Positions 19,053-28,590 of a stretch of DNA of 63,320 nt are shown here, in pieces; the stretch's first letter is position 1; every line of letters starts with the position of its first letter. Source of the DNA: a virus (Duplodnaviria; Caudoviricetes); IMG/VR virus record IMGVR_UViG_3300033153_011833, positions 1-63,320 of that record. The stretch is one strand, 5' to 3'. Both the position numbers and the translations under genes were made by a program. A model generated the notes under the pieces. It made no database searches. It was not told where the DNA came from and saw only the letters and a program-made list of their open reading frames with translations.

Positions 19053-20454
19053 TCTCTTCCACCTCTATTTCACCTTCCTCATCTTCATTGGTATAAGATA
19101 AAGCAGCGGCTTGAACAGACTCTGCTTCCTTCTGTGAAAAACCAAGAACCATAGTAAGAAATTCCAACGGAGGTATTAACGTATCTACCCCTGCCCCGAC
19201 ATATTTAGACATTGCTTCTGTTAACGTTCTTGCCACAACCGCTTTATCTTCATCCGTAGGAGCATTCAAATCCGGCCAAATTATATTATAATCCCTTTCG
19301 GGCAACACCCCAAATACAATCATTCTATCAACAAAAGGTCTAATGATATATGGGCTAACATAATTCTCCTGTCTTTGGGACAACCGTTTATTCCACGTCT
19401 TCACATCCTGGGTACTTGCTAGTTTTGCTTCTTCCGTACCCAAAAAGATACGATAAGGGATACCAAGACTAATAGCTATATTCCTCATGTTAATTTCTAC
19501 ATGGTCTTTAGGACTAGATACTTGGGGGGTCAACGATTTAACCGTTAAACCTTCCATAGCCAAATATCGTTGCATTCCTGCCAAGTATAATTCCATTTGG
19601 TCTTTGATGGTTTCTTTATCTTCTGTGGTCAATCTTTCTACATCTGGTTGGGTTTCAAAACTCAAACCAGGAAACCCACCTTTCCAAAACATCTCACCAC
19701 TACCACCTAGTATTTTTCTAATATCAAGCAAACGATTATAAACAGGCTCCATTCTCGGGCATCCGTAAATCTCACTTACTTCTCTGCTATCCGCCACGTG
19801 AAGAATTCTTGTCCAATGAACCGTTTTAACCGTTTTTGTGCTAGATGTATCCGAACCTTCAAAGTTAATAGTGTAAGATGTAGGGTAACCATATCGCGGA
19901 CTGGATATATTTGTTTCTTTCGTTTTGATTTTAACAGCCGTCTGGTCGAAAGGTTTTAGATAAATAAGTTTATACTCATTTTTACCTACCTTTTCACCTG
20001 TGATTTCATTTATGCCATCTACAGGTTCACTCAATTCCTTCCCGTCATCTATCCCTAACAACAATACCCCAAACTCTCCAATACCACTTATAATATCTAT
20101 CCTTTGTAAATAATGAAAAACATTTCGTTCTTTTTGAAGAGCATTCCATTCCTTTTCAAAATCCGTTTCAACAGCTCTTTCTGTTTCTACTATGGCAGGA
20201 AGTAATGCCCAGGTTTCCTCCGGCAATATCCTCACTACCCTCTTAGCCACTCCATTCCTTGTATATAACTTTTTATAATCCGTGACAGAAATAGTATCGG
20301 GATACCCACATTCAAAATTGATGTCCTTGCCTGGATTGAGCAATTTTGTCAACAGTTCACTTCGCAGCAAATGAGCATTAGTTACCACAGAATTTATAAT
20401 TTCTTTTTGAGTATGCTGATTCTCACTTATTGAGGGTTTTGTTCTTTTAGCCAT
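19039..20454 (-). CDS. Portal protein (DUF1073-type)
   Basis: Y.RNGVAKRVV, VHWTRILH, IPYRIFLG and WPDL motifs; next to the terminase. Confidence 0.9.
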   Translation of the reverse strand: MAKRTKPSISENQHTQKEIINSVVTNAHLLRSELLTKLLNPGKDINFECGYPDTISVTDYKKLYTRNGVAKRVVRILPEETWALLPAIVETERAVETDFEKEWNALQKERNVFHYLQRIDIISGIGEFGVLLLGIDDGKELSEPVDGINEITGEKVGKNEYKLIYLKPFDQTAVKIKTKETNISSPRYGYPTSYTINFEGSDTSSTKTVKTVHWTRILHVADSREVSEIYGCPRMEPVYNRLLDIRKILGGSGEMFWKGGFPGLSFETQPDVERLTTEDKETIKDQMELYLAGMQRYLAMEGLTVKSLTPQVSSPKDHVEINMRNIAISLGIPYRIFLGTEEAKLASTQDVKTWNKRLSQRQENYVSPYIIRPFVDRMIVFGVLPERDYNIIWPDLNAPTDEDKAVVARTLTEAMSKYVGAGVDTLIPPLEFLTMVLGFSQKEAESVQAAALSYTNEDEEGEIEVEENEEE

Positions 20455-20469
20455 TTTCATTCCTTTCAT

Positions 20470-20685
20470 TTATTTCATAAAAGCCGCCGAAGCCGGTATT
20501 GTTTTGTATTCCTCTTCTTTCATATTACGAATAGAAACATGAGCAAGCGAGCCTAAAGGAGCTTCCTTGAACAAATTTCTAAGCAATTTCAACAAGGCCT
20601 TTTCATATTCTTTATCCAACCTCAAAACATATTTCTCCCCTTTGAATGTTTCTATCAAAACAATCTTTATTTGTTTTTTATCCAT
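20470..20685 (-). CDS. Hypothetical protein
   Basis: 71 aa with GAGGA RBS, between TerL and portal. Confidence 0.55.
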   Translation of the reverse strand: MDKKQIKIVLIETFKGEKYVLRLDKEYEKALLKLLRNLFKEAPLGSLAHVSIRNMKEEEYKTIPASAAFMK

Positions 20686-20688
20686 TCC

Positions 20689-22158
20689 TCAATCCTTCCT
20701 AAATAAACTACCAGCCCTTTTCTTTCTTGCAGTTAACATATTAAATGCACCGCTTGATGCATCTACTTGGTCTTTATATTTAGAGTACGGAAAGAAACTC
20801 AACTCACTCAAATAATTCGCATTCCAATCCCCCCTTCGCAATATCACATTTCCATTATTAACCTGAACGGAATACGGGTCAGCTCTTAACTCCTTAGACG
20901 AATTAGAACCACTTGGTTTATCTACACGAACTCTCCACCCAGCTAAATTCCTAACTGTATTTTCGGCACTTTCTTTTCCTCCGCTCCCTGGCTCCTGTTC
21001 AATTCCTATTATAACATCTTTACTGTCTGATATCGCGGTTTGTTTTATCAATTCTTCACGAGCAGAAGAATCCAATCGAACCCGTATAACATCCAAAACC
21101 CAAAATCTTTTATAACAATCCAATCCCATCAAAAGACCTACAGTAAATGCACCTGTACCCCCTTCCGTTCCCGCTTTATCCCAAAACCGAACTCTTTGAA
21201 CCCATGTCATCTTAACAGGAAAATCTTCTTCTATCTTGATTTTAACAGTCTTAAACATACCTCCTCCGAGCGGGACAGGCCATTGTAAAAACTGTCCTGC
21301 ATACCCATACTCCCCTAAAACCGCTCTGTTTTCGTTTAATACTGTTTTGGGCAATCGCACAGGGTCCATCAATCCATTTTTGTAATAGGTAGCTAATATC
21401 TTTGGTTTAACCCTTTTTGTTAGTTCCGCAGGAAGACAAATATGCTTTAATTTCAAAGGACCCCCGTCCATTTTTTGAGTGTTTTTGATTTGTTCTATCA
21501 TATTAGCGGTACAATCGTTCTGGTGGAGTCGCTGCATTATCAGTATGATAGGCACTACTGTTTTATTTATTTTTCGTGTGGGTAATGTTTCCGCCATCCA
21601 TCTATTAGCCGTAGCAAGTTCTGCTTCTGATATGGCTTTGTTTGGGTCAAGCGGGTCATCAATAATTAAAAAGTGTCCATGCAATCCCGTTACACTTCCC
21701 CCCACTCCTACTGCGTACCGACTTCCCCCTTTAGTATTCATGAAATAAGATTTGGTGTCTTGGTCATCCCTTAATTTGATTTCCGGAAAAACCTTTTGGT
21801 ACTTTTCGCTCTTAATTATATCCCGTCCTCTCCTCGATAAATCCATAGACAAGTTATGAGCATAACTTCCTCCTATTATTCTAGCAGTCGGCATTCGTGT
21901 CCATATCCAAGGGTGAAACATAATGGAGCAAATAGTTGACTTTGTACTACCGGGACTTATGTTTATGATTAAATCGTATTCTTTGGGTTTATTTGCAAAT
22001 ACCAGTTCAGCAATATACTGAAGTTCGTCGCATAAATACTTAATATGCCAATTTGGTATAAACTTTTCTGGAATAATTACTTCCCAAAATTCCTTCACAA
22101 ATTCATAAAAATCCTCCCTCACAATGCTCCCCAAAACATCATACTCATCAAACACCAT
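20689..22158 (-). CDS. terL: Terminase large subunit
   Basis: NISPGSTKS Walker A variant, IIDDP Walker B, MQRLH, RFWDKA and DQVDA nuclease motifs. Confidence 0.95.
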   Translation of the reverse strand: MVFDEYDVLGSIVREDFYEFVKEFWEVIIPEKFIPNWHIKYLCDELQYIAELVFANKPKEYDLIINISPGSTKSTICSIMFHPWIWTRMPTARIIGGSYAHNLSMDLSRRGRDIIKSEKYQKVFPEIKLRDDQDTKSYFMNTKGGSRYAVGVGGSVTGLHGHFLIIDDPLDPNKAISEAELATANRWMAETLPTRKINKTVVPIILIMQRLHQNDCTANMIEQIKNTQKMDGGPLKLKHICLPAELTKRVKPKILATYYKNGLMDPVRLPKTVLNENRAVLGEYGYAGQFLQWPVPLGGGMFKTVKIKIEEDFPVKMTWVQRVRFWDKAGTEGGTGAFTVGLLMGLDCYKRFWVLDVIRVRLDSSAREELIKQTAISDSKDVIIGIEQEPGSGGKESAENTVRNLAGWRVRVDKPSGSNSSKELRADPYSVQVNNGNVILRRGDWNANYLSELSFFPYSKYKDQVDASSGAFNMLTARKKRAGSLFRKD

Positions 22159-22163
22159 ATCTT

Positions 22164-22889
22164 CTAATTTGATTTGTTCTTTCGTATCGATTTTAGTATC
22201 TCCTTCCTTGTCTCCAGAGGAAGTTTCAGCATATCAACACTCATAACATTTTGTATCAATTCACCTGACATATTCATATCAATTTCTACTTTTTCATTAT
22301 ACCCCCTATCTCTATTATAAGTTTTGTTCACAAAAATTATAGCCGATGAATCTCCCCCTGCTACAAGTCTGGATAAAGCATCCTCAAAAAAGTTCTTTCG
22401 ATACCACGGTATTTGTTTAACCAATTTGGCAAACTCCGGGTCCTGCTTTTTCCAATTTTCAAGAGTTGTTCGACTAATGTTTACTTTCCGTAAAGCTTCA
22501 GAAATAGAAAAATTGCCAGATATCCATGCATGAAGAAATAGCTGCTGTCGGACCCGTTTGCCCTTTTTATCCAAAATTGCTTCTATTTTTTCCAAGCCCC
22601 CTTTTTGTTCATCCAACTTACAAATTCTATTCCAAACCAACCTCAACTCTCTTGGCAATCGCTTGTAAACATAATCCCCAAAACTAGCTGTTTTATTATT
22701 CCGTCCTCTATATTCTTTCCGACCTTTTTTTATAGCATCGGCAAAATCTTTTTTCTTCTTCTCCCACGAATGAAACGTAGCAAGAGAAATACCAAGAGCT
22801 TGGGCCATTTGTGATTCTTTCAATCCACTTTTGGCTAACGTATAAGCAGTAACATACATACTATCTTTCCATACGGTTCTTCTTGACAT
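22164..22889 (-). CDS. terS: Terminase small subunit (two HTH units)
   Basis: QMAQALGISLATFHSW HTH, second HTH (NISRTTLENW), AIIF..K..RGY; directly upstream of terL. Confidence 0.75.
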   Translation of the reverse strand: MSRRTVWKDSMYVTAYTLAKSGLKESQMAQALGISLATFHSWEKKKKDFADAIKKGRKEYRGRNNKTASFGDYVYKRLPRELRLVWNRICKLDEQKGGLEKIEAILDKKGKRVRQQLFLHAWISGNFSISEALRKVNISRTTLENWKKQDPEFAKLVKQIPWYRKNFFEDALSRLVAGGDSSAIIFVNKTYNRDRGYNEKVEIDMNMSGELIQNVMSVDMLKLPLETRKEILKSIRKNKSN

Positions 22890-23139
22890 CTTTTCTCCTT
22901 TTTACAACTATCCAAAACCTCTCAAATAATCACCATTATGACAACCCTTCAAGTTCCATAAATATACATATAACATAATCTCCAATCCCAAACAAGTATT
23001 ACCCAATACCAATCAAAAATCCTTATCCAAAATCAACCAAAAATACATATATTCCACCCATTTTTTCCTCCCAAAAATGCCCATTTTTAGCCCAAAATTC
23101 ACGATTTCAAAAAAAATTGGAAAAAATTAAAGAAAATAC

Positions 23140-23168
23140 TTGGCATTGTACGATGAATAGTATATACT
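23140..23168 (+). promoter_or_regulatory. Sigma70-type early promoter
   Basis: TTGGCA-17 bp-TATACT with upstream A-tracts, at the head of the rightward arm. Confidence 0.75.
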
Positions 23169-23224
23169 TTATTTAGGTAGAACTCAAAAAATTCATAAAG
23201 TAAAAAGAATTAAGGAGCCCAAAA

Positions 23225-23392
23225 ATGACAACAAAAGAAATCAAACAGGCAAAAAAAATCATCGAAACCAAAAGACCAGCAGAAGGATATAGTACAATAC
23301 TATACAGTGATGGCAATATAGGACTCGAATGCCGTTACACTGACATCACCAAAATCTTTTGGACCCTCGCAGATGTACTCCAATGGGTATAA
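23225..23392 (+). CDS. 55-aa first early gene (not in ORF track)
   Basis: AAGGAG RBS; MTTKEIKQAKKIIETKRP...VLQWV*. Confidence 0.65.
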   Translation: MTTKEIKQAKKIIETKRPAEGYSTILYSDGNIGLECRYTDITKIFWTLADVLQWV

Positions 23393-23423
23393 TATTTTAA
23401 CTTTTATTAAGGAGCAACGTAAA

Positions 23424-23765
23424 ATGGAAAACTACACAAAAGAAACAATACTGAAGATGACTAAACAGGAATTACATGAGGCAAGAAGAGAATTATTAAA
23501 AGGTGAAATCAATGATAATTGCTCGAACTGCTCATACTGCTCACGCTGCTCATACTGCTCATACTGCTCATACTGTTCGGACTGCTCATACTGCTCACAC
23601 TGCTCAGATTGTTCATACTGCTCAAACTGCTCGGACTGCTTAGAATGCTCAGACTGCTCAGACTGCTCGCACTCAGTTGGGCTTAAAAAGGGGCGATATT
23701 TGATTTGCAACGTGCAGTTAACAGAAGAAGAATACCAAACTAAAATTAAAGAATTGAATTTATAA
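23424..23765 (+). CDS. Cys-x-x repeat protein, copy 1 (17 units)
   Basis: AAGGAG RBS; 9-bp tgctcNNNN repeats at 23520-23672; paralog at 47775. Confidence 0.75.
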   Translation: MENYTKETILKMTKQELHEARRELLKGEINDNCSNCSYCSRCSYCSYCSYCSDCSYCSHCSDCSYCSNCSDCLECSDCSDCSHSVGLKKGRYLICNVQLTEEEYQTKIKELNL

Positions 23766-23799
23766 AGATTAAGTAAAACTTTTTGGAAAGGACAGAACC

Positions 23800-24660
23800 A
23801 TGTCAAAAAAAACAAAAAAATTAAGCGAAAAAGCAATGCTTACTCATCTGTCTTTCTCTGTCTGGACAGGAAGAACAAAAGACAGCTTTGTATCAGACGA
23901 AGTCACCAATGAAAAAAATGCTGAAAAGGATAGCGGTGCTTGGTGGACCTATCTTATCCCAAGAACATCCATGCGAAAAATCAACACCGCTTACACTCGT
24001 TGCAAAACTGCTCATAATAAATTCACTTTACCCTGGAAAGACGGGGGGACTCGCATTCTTCCCTCAGCAATGTTCTTAACATACACCAAAGCAATGCGAA
24101 AAGAAAAAGAATCGTTTAATGAAGCAGTAAATGATTTCCTAAGAGAATACCCAGAGATACGACAAAATGCTCGCAAACGATTAGGAAAACTACTGGACCA
24201 TAAGTCGCTTCCCACACTCAATGAAGTTAAGGGCAAATTCGGAATACGTCAAGAAATATACCCCTTGCCTGACGTTGCTGATTTTAGGGTAGAACTATCC
24301 GAAGAAGACAAAAAAGATGTCTGTAACCAAATGAAAACAAATATCAACCATATCATTGAAGAAGCCATGTCTAGTTTGTGGAATCAATTTGCAAAACTGA
24401 TTGAAAAAATACAAACCACATTGGGTAAACCCGAAAAGATTTTCAGGGATAGCTTAATAAACAACCTAAAAGATTTCTGCATCTTAATCCCAAAACTCAA
24501 CCTAACCAATGACGAACAACTCGAATCCATAAGAAAGCAAGTTCTCAAAACACTTGCAAACCTTAAAGCCGAGGACTTGCGTAAAAATAAAGCCGATAGG
24601 ACAAAAGCTGCAAAAACAGCTAAAGCCATTCTTAAAAAACTGGAAGGTTACAAAATCTGA
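23800..24660 (+). CDS. DUF3150-like protein
   Basis: WTGRTKD, TLPW.D.G.RILP, IFRDSLI.N and LNLTND motifs; upstream of the AAA/VWA pair. Confidence 0.6.
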   Translation: MSKKTKKLSEKAMLTHLSFSVWTGRTKDSFVSDEVTNEKNAEKDSGAWWTYLIPRTSMRKINTAYTRCKTAHNKFTLPWKDGGTRILPSAMFLTYTKAMRKEKESFNEAVNDFLREYPEIRQNARKRLGKLLDHKSLPTLNEVKGKFGIRQEIYPLPDVADFRVELSEEDKKDVCNQMKTNINHIIEEAMSSLWNQFAKLIEKIQTTLGKPEKIFRDSLINNLKDFCILIPKLNLTNDEQLESIRKQVLKTLANLKAEDLRKNKADRTKAAKTAKAILKKLEGYKI

Positions 24661-24743
24661 CAGTAAACATGGGAGGGCCCTACAAGGACCCGACCATGTT
24701 CATTGTCAAAATAAAATGAAACTTTATTTTTAAGGAGAGCACC

Positions 24744-25730
24744 ATGTCACCAAAAGAATTGAAAAAAGCATTATTAAAAACAACAGCAGCTGGTTTACCT
24801 GTCTTAATCAAAGGTGCACCTGGAATTGGAAAGAGCGATATTGTATCCCAAGTGGCCGAGGAGTTGGATATGGATTTAATCATAAGCCACCCAGTCGTAT
24901 CAGACCCAACGGACTTCAAGGGTTTGCCTGGAATAGTAAATGGCAAAGCCGAATTCCTACCTTTTGGAGATTTGCGAAAACTGATTGATGCTAAAAAAGC
25001 AACCATTGCTTTTTTAGATGACTTAGGACAAGCACCTGCGGTAGTCCAAGCAGCCTGTATGCAATTGATTCTGGCACGTCGAGTTAATGGCCACAAAATC
25101 AGCGATAAAATTGTATTTGTCGCAGCCACTAACAGAAGACAAGATAGAGCGGGGGTTACAGGTATTTTGGAACCGGTCAAAAGTAGATTTGCCACAATAC
25201 TAGAATTAACAACAAATGCCGACGATTGGATTGAATGGGCCTTCCAAAACGACGTACCGACGGAAGTTATAGGATTCATTCATTTTCGCCCCGCTCTGCT
25301 TAATACTGAAGAGACCACAGCCGATATTGTAAACCATCCCTGCCCAAGAACAATGGCAGCCGTAGGTGAATTGATTAAAGCAGGTCTAACTGATATCGAA
25401 ACGATAGCAGGAGCGGTAGGTGAAGGATGTGCAGCAGAACTCACAGGCTTCCTAAAAATTTATAAAGACCTACCAAGCATCGAAGCCATATTATTAGACC
25501 CAGAAGATGTTGTTGTCCCCACCGACCCAGCATCAGTATATGCAATAGTAGCAGCATTGACCGAAAAAGCCACAGAAAATAATGCTGACCGCATATTCAA
25601 GTATGCAAACAGGTTACCAATTGATTTTAATATATTGTTGGTACGGGACATGCTTCGCAAAGAACCTAAAATCCAAAATACAAGAAGTTTCATAAATTGG
25701 GCATCCAAACATCAAGATGCCTTACTGTAA
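24744..25730 (+). CDS. MoxR-type AAA+ ATPase
   Basis: GAPGIGKS, FLDDL, AATNR, SRF and PCPRT motifs. Confidence 0.9.
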   Translation: MSPKELKKALLKTTAAGLPVLIKGAPGIGKSDIVSQVAEELDMDLIISHPVVSDPTDFKGLPGIVNGKAEFLPFGDLRKLIDAKKATIAFLDDLGQAPAVVQAACMQLILARRVNGHKISDKIVFVAATNRRQDRAGVTGILEPVKSRFATILELTTNADDWIEWAFQNDVPTEVIGFIHFRPALLNTEETTADIVNHPCPRTMAAVGELIKAGLTDIETIAGAVGEGCAAELTGFLKIYKDLPSIEAILLDPEDVVVPTDPASVYAIVAALTEKATENNADRIFKYANRLPIDFNILLVRDMLRKEPKIQNTRSFINWASKHQDALL

Positions 25731-25741
25731 AGGAGATTGCA

Positions 25742-26851
25742 ATGAATGCTGTAGATAAAATTTTAAGAGCCCGTTCGATACTCATTTTAGACCATCCTTT
25801 CTTCGGCAGCTTGGCACTTCGTTTGGATTTGGTCGAAGACAACTCGTTTGAAACGATGGCAACCGACGGACAAACACTGCAATATAACTCTAAATATGTT
25901 GACAAATTATCCATTAAGGAAATGTTGGGTGTGTTAGCCCACGAGGTTATGCATTCGGCATTGGGTCATATTTGGAGACAAGGTAATCGAGACCATCAAA
26001 AATGGAATATAGCAGCAGATTATGCCATCAACCATAGCTTGATTACCACAGGTTTTACCTTGCCTGATGGAGTATTAGTAAATAATGAATATGCAGATTT
26101 ATCTGCTGAAGAAATTTACAGTTTGCTGGAAGACCAAAATCAAGGCCAAAGCCAAAATCAAAATTCCTCAAATAAATCCGACCCTGGTAAATGCGGAGCA
26201 GTCCTACCCGCAGAAAATAAACAACAAGAAAAAGAAATAAAAGCGAAATGGCAAGCAGCAGTAAACCAAGCTGTCCAAATAAGCAAAGGCAGTTTGCCCG
26301 ACAACGTTAAAAGACAAATTCAAAAATTTCTAAATCCTGAAGTGCCCTGGCATATTTTGCTTAGGGATTTTGTAGAACATAATGCCAGGAATGATTATAA
26401 TTGGGCAAAGCCATCAAGAAGATATCTATATCGAGATTTGGTGCTGCCAAGTTTAATCAGTGAATCTCTCCCTAAAATAATCATTGCAATAGACACGTCG
26501 GGCAGTATTAACAATAAAGCATTGACAAAGTTTGCTACCGAAGCTTCCAATGTTTTAGAAAGCTACGACACCACTATCGAAGTGATATATTGTGATGCCA
26601 AAATCCAAAAGAAAGAAGTGTTTACGAGAACAGATATGCCACTGAAAATGAATCCCAAAGGCGGGGGAGGTACAGATTTCCGACCTGTATTTGACCATAT
26701 TGAAAAATATGAAGAGCCACCGTCGTGTTTGATTTATTTCACTGATATGTACGGTCAATTTCCAAATCAAACCCCCCCATATCCTACTATGTGGTTAGCT
26801 ACAGAAAAAAATAGAAAAGCACCGTTCGGCATAACCGTCAATTTCAAGTAA
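25742..26851 (+). CDS. Metallopeptidase (HExxH) + VWA protein (DUF2201-like)
   Basis: LAHEVMH, IDTSGS MIDAS, GGGGTDFRP and YFTD motifs. Confidence 0.88.
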   Translation: MNAVDKILRARSILILDHPFFGSLALRLDLVEDNSFETMATDGQTLQYNSKYVDKLSIKEMLGVLAHEVMHSALGHIWRQGNRDHQKWNIAADYAINHSLITTGFTLPDGVLVNNEYADLSAEEIYSLLEDQNQGQSQNQNSSNKSDPGKCGAVLPAENKQQEKEIKAKWQAAVNQAVQISKGSLPDNVKRQIQKFLNPEVPWHILLRDFVEHNARNDYNWAKPSRRYLYRDLVLPSLISESLPKIIIAIDTSGSINNKALTKFATEASNVLESYDTTIEVIYCDAKIQKKEVFTRTDMPLKMNPKGGGGTDFRPVFDHIEKYEEPPSCLIYFTDMYGQFPNQTPPYPTMWLATEKNRKAPFGITVNFK

Positions 26852-26875
26852 TTCTAAAAACAAAAGGAGAACAAC

Positions 26876-27637
26876 ATGTCATCGAAAAAAACAAAAAGAA
26901 GAAAGTTAATTTGGTATTCAGATGAAGAAAGAGCATCTAAACAACATTTATGGGACACTAATCCATTAGTAATTATGGCACGAGAGATTCAAAAACAGAG
27001 TTGGTTCAAAGGCGATATCCAATTAGGCATTGGGAATCAAATAAGGCACCCCAACACCCAAAAAAGCAACCCTATCGACCAAGCAAAAATCGTCTTTGAA
27101 AAAAACGGAGTCCTCAACACACAATTACAATTAACTGAAATATACAAAAATGTTAAAATACAAGTTCTTGTCACATGGTTATTCAAGGAATACCGATGCG
27201 GCATACATCTCTACAAACCCTCAACTCAAACGTATTATCCTCGAGGCCTTTACTGTACCGGGAAAAAAACAAAATCAAAATACGTTGATGGGGTACTTAA
27301 AAGGATTAAAGATGCATTTGATGAAGGATACCAAAAATCAGAAGCCATTTCCATCCAAGAGCAACAGCAAGCAGCCAAAAAAGCGGAAAGAGTAAAATTT
27401 CACGAGGACCTTTCTGATGCCCTCGGCGTTGAGCTAAAAACTATGCCTTTCAGAAAAAATAAATTTGAATATGGACAAAATAGGGCTTATGGATTAAGTT
27501 TTTCTCTCCTCAACGAACAGGAAGACTTTTTCGGAATTACATCAATCAAAGGCAAATTTAGTAGGGAAGAAATAAAACAATTCATCAAAATCATCGGAGG
27601 TAACCCAAGAGCAATCAGAAACCGCTTAATTCAGTGA
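26876..27637 (+). CDS. Hypothetical protein
   Basis: 253 aa, AAGGAG RBS. Confidence 0.6.
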   Translation: MSSKKTKRRKLIWYSDEERASKQHLWDTNPLVIMAREIQKQSWFKGDIQLGIGNQIRHPNTQKSNPIDQAKIVFEKNGVLNTQLQLTEIYKNVKIQVLVTWLFKEYRCGIHLYKPSTQTYYPRGLYCTGKKTKSKYVDGVLKRIKDAFDEGYQKSEAISIQEQQQAAKKAERVKFHEDLSDALGVELKTMPFRKNKFEYGQNRAYGLSFSLLNEQEDFFGITSIKGKFSREEIKQFIKIIGGNPRAIRNRLIQ

Positions 27638-27680
27638 AGTAAAAAATCAATCACTACAATATCATAGAAAGGATTCAAAA

Positions 27681-27827
27681 ATGAAAAACAAACGACCTAT
27701 AAGAAAATCACCGTTGACCCAAAAAGATATAATGCTTCATTGTATCGAAATAGTCAAAACCGATAATTCCATCAAAACCAAAACATTCCAAATGATGAGA
27801 AACCGATTTGTAAGAACCTTCAATTGA
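27681..27827 (+). CDS. 48-aa hypothetical protein (not in ORF track)
   Basis: GAAAGGA RBS; MKNKRPIRK...RTFN*. Confidence 0.45.
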   Translation: MKNKRPIRKSPLTQKDIMLHCIEIVKTDNSIKTKTFQMMRNRFVRTFN

Positions 27828-27838
27828 AAGGAGAAAAA

Positions 27839-28069
27839 ATGACAAACTCATATAATTTTAGAAATCAAATTAAAATACTTATGGAAAGGAGAAAAATAAG
27901 TATAGCCAAACTAGCCCGAAAAACCGATATTCATCAAGAAACCATTTATCGATATTTGCGGGGACAGTCCGAAATATCCGCAGCTAACCTCGAAAAAATT
28001 CTAAATTTCCTAAATTCAAATGAAAGGGAGGAAAATCATGGAAAACGCAATAACCAAAACCTATTATGA
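27839..28069 (+). CDS. XRE/Cro-like HTH regulator
   Basis: ISIAKLARKTDIHQETIYRYLRG motif. Confidence 0.85.
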   Translation: MTNSYNFRNQIKILMERRKISIAKLARKTDIHQETIYRYLRGQSEISAANLEKILNFLNSNEREENHGKRNNQNLL

Positions 28070-28571
28070 TACGGAAAATTTAATAAACAAAATTGTCTGG
28101 AAATTTTACCAAAAGTACGGAGGAGATATCGAAGAATGGAAAGCCATAGCCAATTTATCATTTGTATCCACCTACAAAAAATACAATAAATCCAAAGCAT
28201 CCTTTCCTACATGGCTATACCATTGCATATGGTATAGCCTATTAGAAGAACTCCAAATTCAAAATAAACAAATTCCACAAAATATCTTAAGCATAGAAGA
28301 TAATCATACCATCAAGAAAATCATCATTGAAGACAAAAAAAACCATTCCTTTTCTGCTTTAGAATTTTTAGACGGGTTACATGAAGATGCAAAAACAATC
28401 ATTAAACTGATTTGGAATCCAACTGATAAACTAAAAAAAGCCAAAATAAAACCTGGACCGCACCCTTGCCATATGCGAAAAACCTTATTTGATTATTTAC
28501 AAACTATAGGATGGAGCAAATCACAAATAAAAAAAGCATTCGAAGAAATTACAAGAATAATAAATAATTGA
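28038..28571 (+). CDS. Sigma70 region-2-like phage sigma factor
   Basis: LINKIVWKF...KYNKSKASFPTWLYHCI resembles sigma region 2. Confidence 0.6.
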   Translation: MENAITKTYYDTENLINKIVWKFYQKYGGDIEEWKAIANLSFVSTYKKYNKSKASFPTWLYHCIWYSLLEELQIQNKQIPQNILSIEDNHTIKKIIIEDKKNHSFSALEFLDGLHEDAKTIIKLIWNPTDKLKKAKIKPGPHPCHMRKTLFDYLQTIGWSKSQIKKAFEEITRIINN

Positions 28572-28590
28572 AAATTTATAAGGTTTCACA

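Noticed and set aside
19039-20454. Anti-CBASS Acb1 label sometimes attached to DUF1073 proteins
   Set aside because: Size, motifs and position between terL and the gp7-like gene indicate a portal.
27839-28069. Lysogeny switch implied by the XRE HTH gene
   Set aside because: No integrase, divergent repressor or ParA/B was seen, so lifestyle cannot be called temperate from this gene.
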